A stretch of 63,599 nucleotides of DNA, the filler included, from Octopus bimaculoides (lineage: Eukaryota): the NCBI RefSeq assembly GCF_001194135.2. It is 6 parts of 6 records of this genome, joined end to end, with 100 filler letters (N's around TTAATTAATTAA, not from the genome) between each part and the next. Parts side by side here need not be neighbours in the genome. Positions count along the whole stretch, not along the records: positions 5,303 to 34,540 come from NC_068989.1; positions 34,641 to 42,547 come from NW_026432497.1; 4 more parts are not named here. One strand, 5' to 3'. Of this stretch, positions 25,901 to 36,953 are shown piece by piece. Made by a program: the position numbers and the translations under genes. Below the pieces are notes generated by a model. The model did no database searches. It was not told where the DNA came from and worked only from the letters and a program-made list of their open reading frames with translations. Numbering within the stretch: the first letter of the stretch is position 1; each line of letters starts with the position of its first letter.

Positions 25901-26824
25901 GTATAATACCCTTGTCACCAACAGTTTCTGTGGTATCTTATCCTCTGAGTGACGTTGTCTGTTTGGCAATCTAGTTGGTTTCACTATAATGCCCTCATGA
26001 CGAACAGTTTCTTGAGTATCTCATCCTCTTAGCCATGTTGTCAATACGGAATTCTCATTGGTTTCAGCATAATGCCCTCATCACCAGTAGTTTCTGTAGT
26101 CATTTATCCTCTTGACCATGTTGTCTGTATGGCATTCACATTGGTTTCACTATGATGCTATCAGTACTAACAGTTTCTGTATTTTATCCTCTTAGCTGTG
26201 TTGCCTCTCTGGCATTCTCATAAGTTTCACTATAATGCCTTCATTGCTTACTGTTTCTGTCGTATCTCATCCTCTTAGGCATGTTGTCTGTTTGGCACTC
26301 TCATTGGTTTTACTATGACACCCTCAGTACCAACAATTTCTATATTTTATTCTCTTAGCCATGTTGTCTGTATGGCATTCTCATTGATTTCACTATAATG
26401 CCCTCACCATCAAGAATTTTTGTACTATCTTATCCTTGCAGCCTTGTCTGTGTGGCCTTCTTATTGGTTTCACTATAATGCTCTCATCACCAACAGTTTC
26501 TGTACTATCTCATTGTCTTAGCTATGTTGTTGGTATGGCATTTTTGTTGATTTCACTAATATGCCCTCACCACGTGTATGGCATTCTCGTTGGTTTCACT
26601 ATCATGCCCTCATCATAAACTGTTTCTGTAGTATCTTTTTCTCTTAGCCATGTTGTGTGTATAGCATTCTTTTGGTTTCACTATAATGCCCTTACCACCA
26701 ACAGTTTCTGTATTATCTTATCCTCTTAGCTATATTGTTTGTATGGCACTCTCATTGGTTTCACTATAATGCCCTGACCACCAGCAGTTTCTGTAGTCCC
26801 TTACCCTCTTAGCCATGTTGTCTC
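16966..26824 (+). repeat. Large diverged satellite array of about 83-bp and 47-bp monomers
   Basis: 83-mer gtatcttatcctcttagccatgttgtctgtatggcattctcgttggtttcactataatgccctcaccaccaacagtttctgta; 47-mer gtatcttatccatcactataatgccctcatcaccaacagtttctgta; interrupted at about 20500-21840. Confidence 0.97.
20570..21840 (+). mobile_element. RTE LINE fragment (PHD-like finger, RT C-terminus, repeat-containing 3' UTR) inside the satellite
   Basis: SGRWPCSIC...CTHCKLWTHKRCSNIKG...CGRC, LEVVDSFCYLGD, KGRLYDACV, LHWYGHV, GRGRPRKT; 3' UTR with about 60-bp ctgactggctc repeats. Confidence 0.9.
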
Positions 26825-26934
26825 TATAGGGCTTTCCTATAAGTAGGTTATCTCCCTTGGCTAGGTGGTGCTCCATGTAGACAATTAAACTTCCGCAGAC
26901 TATCCACACTATTGTTATTGTTTTACGTCTTATC

Positions 26935-27264
26935 ATGGATATAAAGCAGCTCGATGATTCAGCTATCGAAGTACTTACTGTGTCTGAGTTAAAGAAATAT
27001 TTAAGATTATATGGACAGTATGTTACTGGAAGAAAGGCGAACTTGACTGAAAGGTTGAGAGGTATAAAAATTCTGTCGATGAAGAATGTCAACAAAGTAA
27101 ATTTATCGGACGATAAGTCTGAAGTATCGTCCGATAAGTCTGAAGTATCGTCCGATAAGTCTGAAGTATCGTCCGATACTTCAGACAGGAATAAGCAGAA
27201 GCTTATATCTCCTCTCGGTGAAGTATTGCCTGATCCCAATCTGCTTTCAGCAACCATTCACTGA
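26935..27264 (+). CDS. SAP-domain ORF, 109 aa; probably the truncated N-terminus of a transposon accessory protein
   Basis: LTVSELKKYLRLYGQYVTGRKANLTERLR fits the SAP motif; three copies of a 21-bp repeat (27112-27174); LPDPNLL near the end. Confidence 0.7.
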   Translation: MDIKQLDDSAIEVLTVSELKKYLRLYGQYVTGRKANLTERLRGIKILSMKNVNKVNLSDDKSEVSSDKSEVSSDKSEVSSDTSDRNKQKLISPLGEVLPDPNLLSATIH

Positions 27265-28399
27265 TTTGGCCATGAGCATGATGAGGTGTAGAAGAGGTAG
27301 GGACAGTCACACTATAAAGTCTAATAATTAGAAGAATATTAGATTCAATGCTGTAAATTTATTATTTAATCAAACAAACACACACACACATATATATATA
27401 TACACAAAAATTTTTGTATGTAATATAATTTTAATCTTCGGATTTTTTTAATATGCTAGACCACTGGTTCTAATTGATTAATATCAATTTCTACGCTTAT
27501 TAATAAATATATATATATACACAAAAATTTTTGTATNNNNNNNNNNNNNNNNNNNNNNNNNNNNNNNNNNNNNNNNNNNNNNNNNNNNNNNNNNNNNNNN
27601 NNNNNNNNNNNNNNNNNNNNNNNNNNNNNNNNNNNNNNNNNNNNNNNNNNNNNNNNNNNNNNNNNNNNNNNNNNNNNNNNNNNNNNNNNNNNNNNNNNNN
27701 NNNNNNNNNNNNNNNNNNNNNNNNNNNNNNNNNNNNNNNNNNNNNNNNNNNNNNNNNNNNNNNNNNNNNNNNNNNNNNNNNNNNNNNNNNNNNNNNNNNN
27801 NNNNNNNNNNNNNNNNNNNNNNNNNNNNNNNNNNNNNNNNNNNNNNNNNNNNNNNNNNNNNNNNNNNNNNNNNNNNNNNNNNNNNNNNNNNNNNNNNNNN
27901 NNNNNNNNNNNNNNNNNNNNNNNNNNNNNNNNNNNNNNNNNNNNNNNNNNNNNNNNNNNNNNNNNNNNNNNNNNNNNNNNNNNNNNNNNNNNNNNNNNNN
28001 NNNNNNNNNNNNNNNNNNNNNNNNNNNNNNNNNNNNNNNNNNNNNNNNNNNNNNNNNNNNNNNNNNNNNNNNNNNNNNNNNNNNNNNNNNNNNNNNNNNN
28101 NNNNNNNNNNNNNNNNNNNNNNNNNNNNNNNNNNNNNNNNNNNNNNNNNNNNNNNNNNNNNNNNNNNNNNNNNNNNNNNNNNNNNNNNNNNNNNNNNNNN
28201 NNNNNNNNNNNNNNNNNNNNNNNNNNNNNNNNNNNNNNNNNNNNNNNNNNNNNNNNNNNNNNNNNNNNNNNNNNNNNNNNNNNNNNNNNNNNNNNNNNNN
28301 NNNNNNNNNNNNNNNNNNNNNNNNNNNNNNNNNNNNNNNNNNNNNNNNNNNNNNNNNNNNNNNNNNNNNNNNNNNNNNNNNNNNNNNNNNNNNNNNNNN

Positions 28400-28615
28400 C
28401 GATAGTCCATTAAAATTGACGAAATACTGGGAACACATTTGGCTATTTGCAGTGTAAACAAAGTCTTTCCTTACAAGTCTCGATCTCTGAAGCCAAATAC
28501 GACGAATAGCTACATTTGCAGGATATCTATGTAGTGAAATAACTTTGCCATCTACATTCTTCCTTCTATAGTGGCTGCATATACAGCAGTATTTGTGTGA
28601 TTTCTACGGAGACAT
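28400..28615 (-). pseudogene. THAP zinc-finger N-terminus of a transposase; stop at codon 4, runs into the N gap
   Basis: MSP*KSHKYCCICSHYRRKNVDGKVISLHRYPANVAIRRIWLQRSRLVRKDFVYTANSQMCSQYFVNFNGLS: CxxC, HRYP, W and CSxYF (canonical CSxHF). Confidence 0.8.
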
Positions 28616-28740
28616 ATTAACCGGTCAGTACAGTATGTGAGTCGTTAGTCTGCGGAAGTTAAAGCAAGTCACTGAGCATGCGTACATGTCATACGGGAGA
28701 GTTCCAATCAGGGGTGAATAACAACCTTATAGGAACCCCC

Positions 28741-29428
28741 TATAGCATTCTCATTGGTTTCACTATGATGCCCTTAATACCAACAGTCTCTTTTGTTGTA
28801 TTTTATCCTCTTAGCCATGTTGTGTGTGTGGCATTCTCACCACCAACAGTTTCTGTAGTGTCTTATCTTCTTAGGCATGTTTTTCATATGGCATTGTCAT
28901 TGGCTTCACTACAATGCCTTGACCATCAAAAGTACCATATCCTCTTTGTCATGTTGTCTGTATGGCATTCTCATTGGTTTCACTATAATACCCTTATCAC
29001 GAACAGTTTCTATAGTATCTTGTCCTCTTAGCCATGTTGTCTATGGCAATCTAGTTAGTTGCACTATAATACCCTTATTACCAACAGTTTTTGGAGTACC
29101 TTTTTCTCTTAGCCATGTGGTCTGTATGGCATAGTTGTTGGTTTCACTATAATGCCCTTACCACCAACTGTTTCTGTGGTATCTTATCCTCTGAGTCACG
29201 TTATCTGTATGGCATTCTTGTTGGTTTCACTATGATGCCCTTATCCCCAACTGTGTCTGTGGTATCTGATTCTGTGAGCCACGTTGTCTATATGGCAATC
29301 TTGTTGCTTTTACTAAAATGCCTTGACCACCAACAGTTTGTGTAGTATCTTATCCTCTTAGGTGTGTTGTCTCTATGGTATTCTTGTTGGTTTCACTATA
29401 ATTCCCTTATCACCAACAGTTTTTGTAT
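28741..29428 (+). repeat. Continuation of the 83-bp satellite
   Basis: Same monomer resumes in register after the TIR element. Confidence 0.95.
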
Positions 29429-29649
29429 CTATGTTCATTGCTGCAGTATAGAAAGATCTGAGATAGGGTTTGGCAAGATATTGTCTGTTGGCTTTGTATC
29501 TGTTAAATAATTTCATATTTCAAATGCCATGCATAAGGTAATAGCTTTTATATTCATTTCTTTTGCCTCTCATTTTGCAATTTTTGTTTACATTAAGATT
29601 TCCAGTGATGGATATTGAAGGGTATGTATGGATGTTTTTATATGTAAGG

Positions 29650-30615
29650 TCATCATCATCATCATCATCATCATTTAATGTCCACCTTCCATGCTAGCAT
29701 GGGTTGGACGATTTGACTGAGGACTGGTGAAACCGGATGGCAACACCAGGCTCCAATCTAATTTGGCAGAGTTTCTACAGCTGGATGACCTTCCTAACGC
29801 CAACCATTCAGAGAGTATAGTGGGTGCTTTTACGTGTCACCCGCACGAAAACGGCCATGCTCGAAATGGTGTCTTTTATGTGCCACCCGCACAAGGGCCA
29901 GTCCAGGGGCACTGGCAATGATCTCGCTCAAAAAACCTCATGTGTCACCCGCACATGAGCCAATCCAGGGGCACCGGCAACGATCCTNNNNNNNNNNNNN
30001 NNNNNNNNNNNNNNNNNNNNNNNNNNNNNNNNNNNNNNNNNNNNNNNNNNNNNNNNNNNNNNNNNNNNNNNNNNNNNNNNNNNNNNNNNNNNNNNNNNNN
30101 NNNNNNNNNNNNNNNNNNNNNNNNNNNNNNNNNNNNNNNNNNNNNNNNNNNNNNNNNNNNNNNNNNNNNNNNNNNNNNNNNNNNNNNNNNNNNNNNNNNN
30201 NNNNNNNNNNNNNNNNNNNNNNNNNNNNNNNNNNNNNNNNNNNNNNNNNNNNNNNGTGTCATCCGCACAAGAGCCAGCCCAGGGGCACCAGCAACGATCC
30301 CGCTCGAAAATCCCAGAACCCCACACAAGAGCCAGTTCAGGGGCACCGGCAACGATCTCGCTTGAAGAAATTTCATGTGTCACCAGCACAAGAGCCAGTC
30401 CAGGGGCACTGGCAATGATCTCGCTCAAAAAACCTCATGTGTCACCCGCACATGAGCCAATCCAGGGGCACCGGCAACGATCCTGCTCGAAAGACCTCAT
30501 GTGTCGCCCGTACATGAGCCAGTCCAGGGGCACCGGCAACGATCCCGTCCCGCTCAAGGCATTTCATGTGTCACCCGCACAAGAGCCAGCCCAGGGGCAC
30601 CGGCAACGATCCCAT
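29650..30615 (-). mobile_element. RTE 3' end with (GAT)n tail and expanded 62-bp tandem repeat
   Basis: (cat)n and RTE tail at 29650-29870; then gtgtcacccgcacaagagccagtccaggggcactggcaatgatctcgctcaaaaaacctcat repeats across a gap. Confidence 0.85.
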
Positions 30616-30829
30616 GATATAATATACATGTGGCCCATAAGCAAATGTGAAGCAAAAATGTGCAGCATTACAAAAAGAAGTTGCTGATCCATGATTTAAA
30701 CTATTAATAAGATGGATTAAGAACTTTACTGTTTAAAATTTAAGTCTATTTGTTGTAGAAGACATCACATTTAACCGTCTTGGTAGTTGATGAAATAAAT
30801 ATTGGTTTCAAATTTTGATACAAAGCCAT

Positions 30830-31015
30830 CATGTTTGGGACAGAGTTCAGCTGATTATATCAACCCCAGTGCTTGACTGGTTCTCATTTTATTGACCCTG
30901 AAAGGAAGAAAGTAAAGTTGACCTCAGTGGAATTTTAAGTTCAAAAGTAAATATGGAAGAAATGCTGCTAATCATTTTCCCCAGTGTGCTAATGATTCTG
31001 CCAGCTTGCTGCCTT
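30830..31015 (-). mobile_element. SINE family B, degenerate
   Basis: ttgaccctgaaaggaagaaagtaaagttgacctcagtggaattt...ctgccagcttgctgcctt. Confidence 0.7.
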
Positions 31016-32569
31016 AGTTGATGAAATAAATATTAGTAACAGCTTTAGGTTGACTCATGGTCTTTTCTTAAAAGATTTTATTCATAAATGTTGTGTGATG
31101 GAGGAAAAAGACAACAGAAAAAGAAGCAAAAGGGAGAAAGAAATACAGAGACATTACCTGTTAACCGAGGCGGGATGAAGAAAAACACATCCTTCCACAC
31201 TCACTGTCTCTCATCGAACTACCCCACGTGCTTTCTGCCCGTGCATGCCCCCGTGGCTCTTCCGCCAGCCCCTGCAGTCTTCACTTCCATTTACCTCATC
31301 TGCAATCCTCTCCACCAACACTACATAGCTCATCACAGTCCATAACACCTCAAACACTACAATAAATACAACATTGGTTTTCCATTGAGGGAAAACAAAA
31401 ATATTTAAGTAGGAGGAAATCTCACTCCTACCATTTGAAAAAAAAGTGACCATGGTAGTAATTTCTGCTGTCTGACAAGATAACATTTACACAAGTTTAT
31501 GTTCAGTGTTGGTTGGAGACCAAGTTATGTGATTGGTAGTATTAGGCAGCAAACTTTGTACATTTGATATGATGGCTATAAAATTCTCAAGTCTTTCATC
31601 GTTGTTATCATTGTCATTATTCTTATCCTCTCCTTTTGTTCTGTCATTATAACTTGCCTTTGTTACCTTCGTCTAGATAGAATTTACTAAGAGTACCAAT
31701 ACAACATGGGTTATGAATGAATAAATATATGTATGAACTAACGTCCATGTGTAAAATTAGGTACATAGGGCCTTTTTAAGAACTTAATTATATAACATAG
31801 AAACTGACTATTTCACTGTTATGTAGCAGTACACTTAGCTCTCCTTCCTAAGCTGGTGATTATAGTAGGCTGAAGACAACTTATTAAAATATTTGGTCCT
31901 TGGGATGGGAATATTAATAACTTTGTGAAGGTTGCATGGCCTAATTTTTGGTGTGTTGGGGGGGCCATAATCATAAGGTTGTGCATTGAATTCCTGGACT
32001 GCATGTTGTTTCCTTGAGCAAGGCATTTCAGTCTATTCAGCTGAAAATGAATATCTGCAGCAATATCTAGGGTTAACTTTGTGATGAACTGGTATCTTCT
32101 ACAGGGATGCATTCAAAGATAGGGGAATGACTGCCTGATGTATCATTTTTACAATAGAAAGGCTATTGTGATATCCTGAGTTGCTCATTGCCTTAATTGA
32201 CATACACATAATTGACAGCTGGACAATAAATTACTTGACTATCAATCAATACAATATGGTTGAGAAAGCGTGAAAAGCAAACAAAAAATTAGACACCAGA
32301 GAAACTTGTGGTGGGCTGTGTGAGCAAAATTCAAGCATCTACTCTTCTTCTCAACTGCACAGTTGCTACCACTACCATTAATGCCATTCAAATTGATCAT
32401 CCCTGTCTGATGTCCTGTTTCCATACACACATGGGTGGCACTGATTAGTAAGCTAACCTCTTCATTTCCACATTTGTTTTAACAATTTTTTATTCTACTT
32501 CATTTAGTTATCTATCATCACATGTTTTGTTTCATATTGAATTTTCTTATCTGTTGTTTTTACTTCCAG

Positions 32570-32630
32570 CCATCTTCCTTAGAATCAGAACCAGATTTTA
32601 TAGTAGATATAAAATCACAGTTCCGGAGAG
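32570..32630 (+). other. Candidate 61-bp exon (PSSLESEPDFIVDIKSQFRR)
   Basis: Pyrimidine tract tgtttttacttccag, donor GAG|gtaagc, open frame 0; no homology recognised. Confidence 0.3.
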
Positions 32631-32933
32631 GTAAGCTTTCCTATCACCAACTCAGTTGTTTGTAAGCATAATGTAGATGAGATTATTTTAAAAAATAAAG
32701 TTGTGTGTGGTTACTGTTGTTACTGCTGCTGCTTAGTTGTATATCTGTTCTCAAATAGTGGACCAGTGATTAAAGGTGATTCAGATGTAGCCATTTACTT
32801 TTTTAACTTGGTACAGACGTCATATAATCTAGGATGTCTTTTTTAAGACAGTAGGAAGTGATTTAAGGGAAATTCAGTTGGTATTTTTAGAAGATTGAGT
32901 GAATTTTAATGCTCTCTGGTTGGCTTGTGTGTG

Positions 32934-32979
<46 letters not shown>

Positions 32980-33804
32980 CGGCGGCGGTGGCACCACTGC
33001 TTTAATTTTTCTATGCTTACATGGGTCTGAGAGAGTTTATTGAACCAGATTTTCTATGGTTTGTTGCCCTTCCTGTTTCCAAGCAAGATATTATTTCTGC
33101 ATGTCCAGACATGTTTCCCCAGAATATTGGAAATGAATGACACTTCTGTGTGACAGTGACACTTATTTACATGTATCATGTGATGTCAAGACAAGGCAAC
33201 ATACATATACACATGCATATTCTTACATATATACCTACATATATGACAGTCTTCTTCCAGTTTCTGTCAACCTAATCTACTCACAAGGCTTTGGTCCACC
33301 TGGGGCTATAGTAGAAGACACTTACCTAGAGTGCCATGCAGTGGGTCTGAACCTGAAACTATGTGGTTGGAAACTATGTGGTTGCAAGTATGTTGCCTTA
33401 GGTTCAATCCCACTACATGGAGCTTTCTGCTATTACTTTGCGCTGACCATTGCTTTGTGAGTGAAATTGTTTGATTGAAACTCCATGAAAGCCTGTTGTG
33501 TATGTCTTTGTGTGTGTGCTGGTAAGTTTTTGTTTCTGCTTCTTGCATGAGATCATTTGAGTGAAAAGTGATATATTTATTTATGTTCCCTGTCAACATT
33601 ACATCCCATACCTCTGTTGTCTTAAAATAGTAGAATAAAAACTCTCTTGAAAGCAGGAAAGAGTTGGTTAAAGGAAGCGTATCTGACTGTAAAAATACTT
33701 CCTCAAATAAGTATGTGTTTAACCTATGCCAGCAAAAACAAACAAATGTAAGACAAATGAATGAATGTAAATATATGTGTGTCTGTGTGTGCACGTGCGT
33801 GTAA

Positions 33805-34540
33805 GTCACAGAGAGGGTCATAGCCCAACTAATTAGGGAGCGAGTCAGTTTAGATGAGATGCAGTTTGGGTTCGTGCCAGGGAAAAGCACCACTGATGCT
33901 ATATTTCTGGTAAGACAGTTGCAGGAAAAATACTTAGCCAGGGATAAACCTCTGTACCTGGCTTTCGTTGACATGGAGAAAGCCTTTGACAGGGTCCCCC
34001 GATCCCTTATCTGGTGGTCAATGAGGAAACTAGGAATAGAAGAATGGTTAGTGAGAACTGTGTGAGCCATGTACAGAGACGCTGTCAGTAAGGTGAGGGT
34101 TGGCAATGAGTATAGTGAAGAATTCTGCGTAGAGGTAGGGGTCCACCAAGGTTCTGTCCTCAGCCCCTCCTATTCATCATAGTCCTCCAGGCGATAACAG
34201 AGGAATTCAAGACAGGATGCCCCTGGGAGCTCCTCTATGCTGACGACCTTGCACTAATTGCTGAGTCACTATCAGAACTAGAGGAGAAGTTTCAGGTGTG
34301 GAAGCAGGGACTAGAATCGAAGGGCCTTAGAGTCAACCTAGCTAAAACCAAACTCCTTATAAGTAGAAAGGTAGAGAAAATACAAACCACTTCAGGTAGA
34401 TGGCCCTGCTCGATTTGTAGAAAAGGTGTAGGTAGAAACTCTATAAGATGTACCCAGTGCAAGCTACGGACACATAAGAGGTGCAGCAATATCAAAGGAA
34501 GGCTAACTAGGAAGTTAGATTTTGTATGTGGCAGATGTTC
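33805..34540 (+). mobile_element. RTE LINE RT core plus PHD-like finger, cut by a scaffold spacer
   Basis: QFGFVPGKSTTDAIF, AFVDMEKAFDRV, GVHQGSVLSP, LLYADDL, CSIC...CTQCKLRTHKRC...CGRC. Confidence 0.93.
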
Positions 34541-34640
34541 NNNNNNNNNNNNNNNNNNNNNNNNNNNNNNNNNNNNNNNNNNNNTTAATTAATTAANNNN
34601 NNNNNNNNNNNNNNNNNNNNNNNNNNNNNNNNNNNNNNNN
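34541..34640. other. Artificial 100-bp scaffold spacer
   Basis: 44 N + TTAATTAATTAA (34585-34596) + 44 N. Confidence 0.95.
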
Positions 34641-34730
34641 AAACTTTGATAATGCAAATATGTTAATAGTTACCAGGTGTTGCAAAAATCACACAAAAAC
34701 TGGGATATGTGTTTTGCTCCATTTATTATT

Positions 34731-34772
<42 letters not shown>

Positions 34773-35243
34773 CCAAGAGACTTAGGGGTTGAGGATCCAA
34801 CCCAGTAAGGGATAATATCTATCCAATATACTGGGAGGGTACCCAATTATTGTTACAGTAGTGTTATACCAAGTGCAATAAGTAGGTGCGGGTAAAGGGG
34901 AGTTATTTTACCCTAAATTTATATAGCAATGAGAAAATGGAGGGGAATATGTGGTACTCATCAACTTGCAGACACTGTATTCCGTTGATTAATCTGTTTA
35001 TTTTATAACTAAATTGACAAAAAAACACAATATACAGACACTTATGACATACCATGTCATATCAACAATTAAGATGACGAATTCCTTAGCTGTAGTAGTT
35101 CTTCGTCATCTTGTTGATCAGCAGCAACCTGCTGGAGATCAATAGTAGCAGTGGTGCGGATTGCATTAAGCTCCATCCATACGTGACAGGGCAGGGTTGT
35201 TCACACCCTTGATGTAGTGAATGTCAGTTGTATATTGTGATAT

Positions 35244-35614
35244 ACAATGGCCCAGTGGTTAGGGCAGCGGACTCGCGGTCATAGGGTCACGGTTTTGATT
35301 CCCAGACCGGGCGTTGTGAGTGTTTATTGAGCGAAAACACCTAAAGCTCCACGAGGCTCCGGCAGGGGATGGTGGCGAACCCTGCTGTACTCTTCCACTA
35401 CAACTTTCTCTCACTCTTACTTCCTGTTGTGCCTGTAATTCAAAGGGTCAGCCTTGTCACACTGTGTCACGCTGAATATCCCCAAGAACTACGTTAAAGG
35501 TACACGTGTCAGTGGAGTGCTCAGCCACTTGCACGTTAATTTCACAAGTAAGCTGTTCTGTTGATCGAATCAACTGGAACCCTCGACGTTGTAAGCGACG
35601 GAGTGCCAACACAC
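35244..35614 (+). mobile_element. SINE family C (tRNA-derived head) with 10-bp TSD, inserted in the Gypsy RNase H
   Basis: A-box tggcccagtgg, B-box ggttttgattcc; TSD attgtgatat at 35234-35243 and 35615-35624. Confidence 0.9.
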
Positions 35615-35948
35615 ATTGTGATATGAAGTCTAGATGTTAGACTTTCCAGGGTGAGTGATGATCAGGCTTAGCGTTGAATGCATAAACCAGCAGTTTATGG
35701 TGAGTGTAGACGGAGAAAACGCAACCTTCCAGCATGTGTTGAAAATGCTTGAGAGCAAGACATACTGCCAATAATTCTCGACTGAAGGTACTTTACTGAG
35801 CCTCAGCAGGTCTTAAGTACTTAGAGAAAAAAGATACAGGTTGCTAAATACTGTCAGTGAGTTGTTGGAGCACACCTCCAACTCTGGAACTGGATGAATC
35901 AACTAGTACACACAGTAACACCTTTTTCAAGTCAGCGAAAGAGGCAAA

Positions 35949-36578
35949 TTATTTTTCACTCAGGGCAATGTTTATATTTTTGGTTATTCGCTGTTGCAGC
36001 AAATCTGTGAGCGGCTGGGCTGTCTCTGCACAGTGCGGTATGAATCTGTGGTAGAAGTTCACCAGGCCAAGAAATTGCCACAGATGTGGGTGGAGGAAAA
36101 CAATGATGGCTTTGACATTCTTGGGAAATGGGGGAATGCCATCCTTATCAACTACGTGTCCAAGAAAATGAAGGGACGCTACTCCAAATGTGCACTTGCT
36201 GGGGTTTATGACAATACCATACCCCAACAGACATTGGAATAGCAGCTGTAGATGTTGTTCATGCGCCTCATCTGAGCTACTGGCCACAAGTAAGTCGTCT
36301 ATGTATGCATATACGAAAGACAACCCTCTGGTAACTGTGTCGATGAAACGGAATGTTTGTGCTGCATTACGTAAACCAAACGGTATATGCAGGAATTTGA
36401 ACATTCCGAAGGGTGTCATGACTGCAGTCTTCGGAATATCCATGGACTCTACAGGGATTTGGTTGTAAGCTCGCACAAGGTTGATCTTCAAAAAGATACG
36501 AGCTCCATACAGCGAGCTAGAAAAATCCCGTAGATGAGACACAGGATATGATTCAGGTATGGTGCAATTATTCAGCAA
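35949..36578 (-). pseudogene. Gypsy reverse transcriptase fragment
   Basis: ORF track: KINLVRAYNQIPV, KTAVMTPFGMF, PFGLRNAAQTF, YIDD. Confidence 0.9.
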
Positions 36579-36953
36579 TCGATAGTCCCTACAAACTTGC
36601 CAATCAGTTTATGACTTCTTGTGTACACAGTGTATTTGTGAGGAACAGTTGCCGCTGAATGGGCGGATGATTCTGAGGTTGAACACGTGCTGGAATTCTC
36701 ATTTGACAGCTTTGAGACAATCTGATGGTAGCCGTCGGGGTCGTGCAGCAATAGGTGGACCATGGGTTTTGATGTGTGGGGTGACTTCATGCTTGATAGG
36801 TTGATTGTGGAATACTCGTCAAGCGACATCAGGGTATTCTTTGAGGATAGCACTGTGACAGGTTGTTATTGTCTGTAAAATGGTTGGGCTGACTGTGGCC
36901 ATCCAAGCGGTTATATCGCACACAATGAGCTGAGTGGTGCTGTCAACAAGTTT

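Larger units (their letters stand above)
26829..28740. mobile_element. TIR DNA transposon, ISL2EU/PIF-Harbinger-like, internally deleted or gapped
   Basis: Imperfect TIRs gggctttcctataagtaggttat / ataacaaccttataggaaccccc flanked by TATA on both sides; removing the element and one TATA restores a satellite monomer; convergent SAP (+) and THAP (-) ORFs. Confidence 0.75.

Noticed and set aside
16966-29428. 83-84-bp period suggesting a decayed C2H2 zinc-finger array
   Set aside because: No frame of the monomer on either strand gives CxxC...H...H or TGEKP; the unit is 83 bp and contains stops.
31140-31360. GC-richer island with ag/gt boundaries on the minus strand
   Set aside because: All three frames contain stops within the putative exon; no family recognised.
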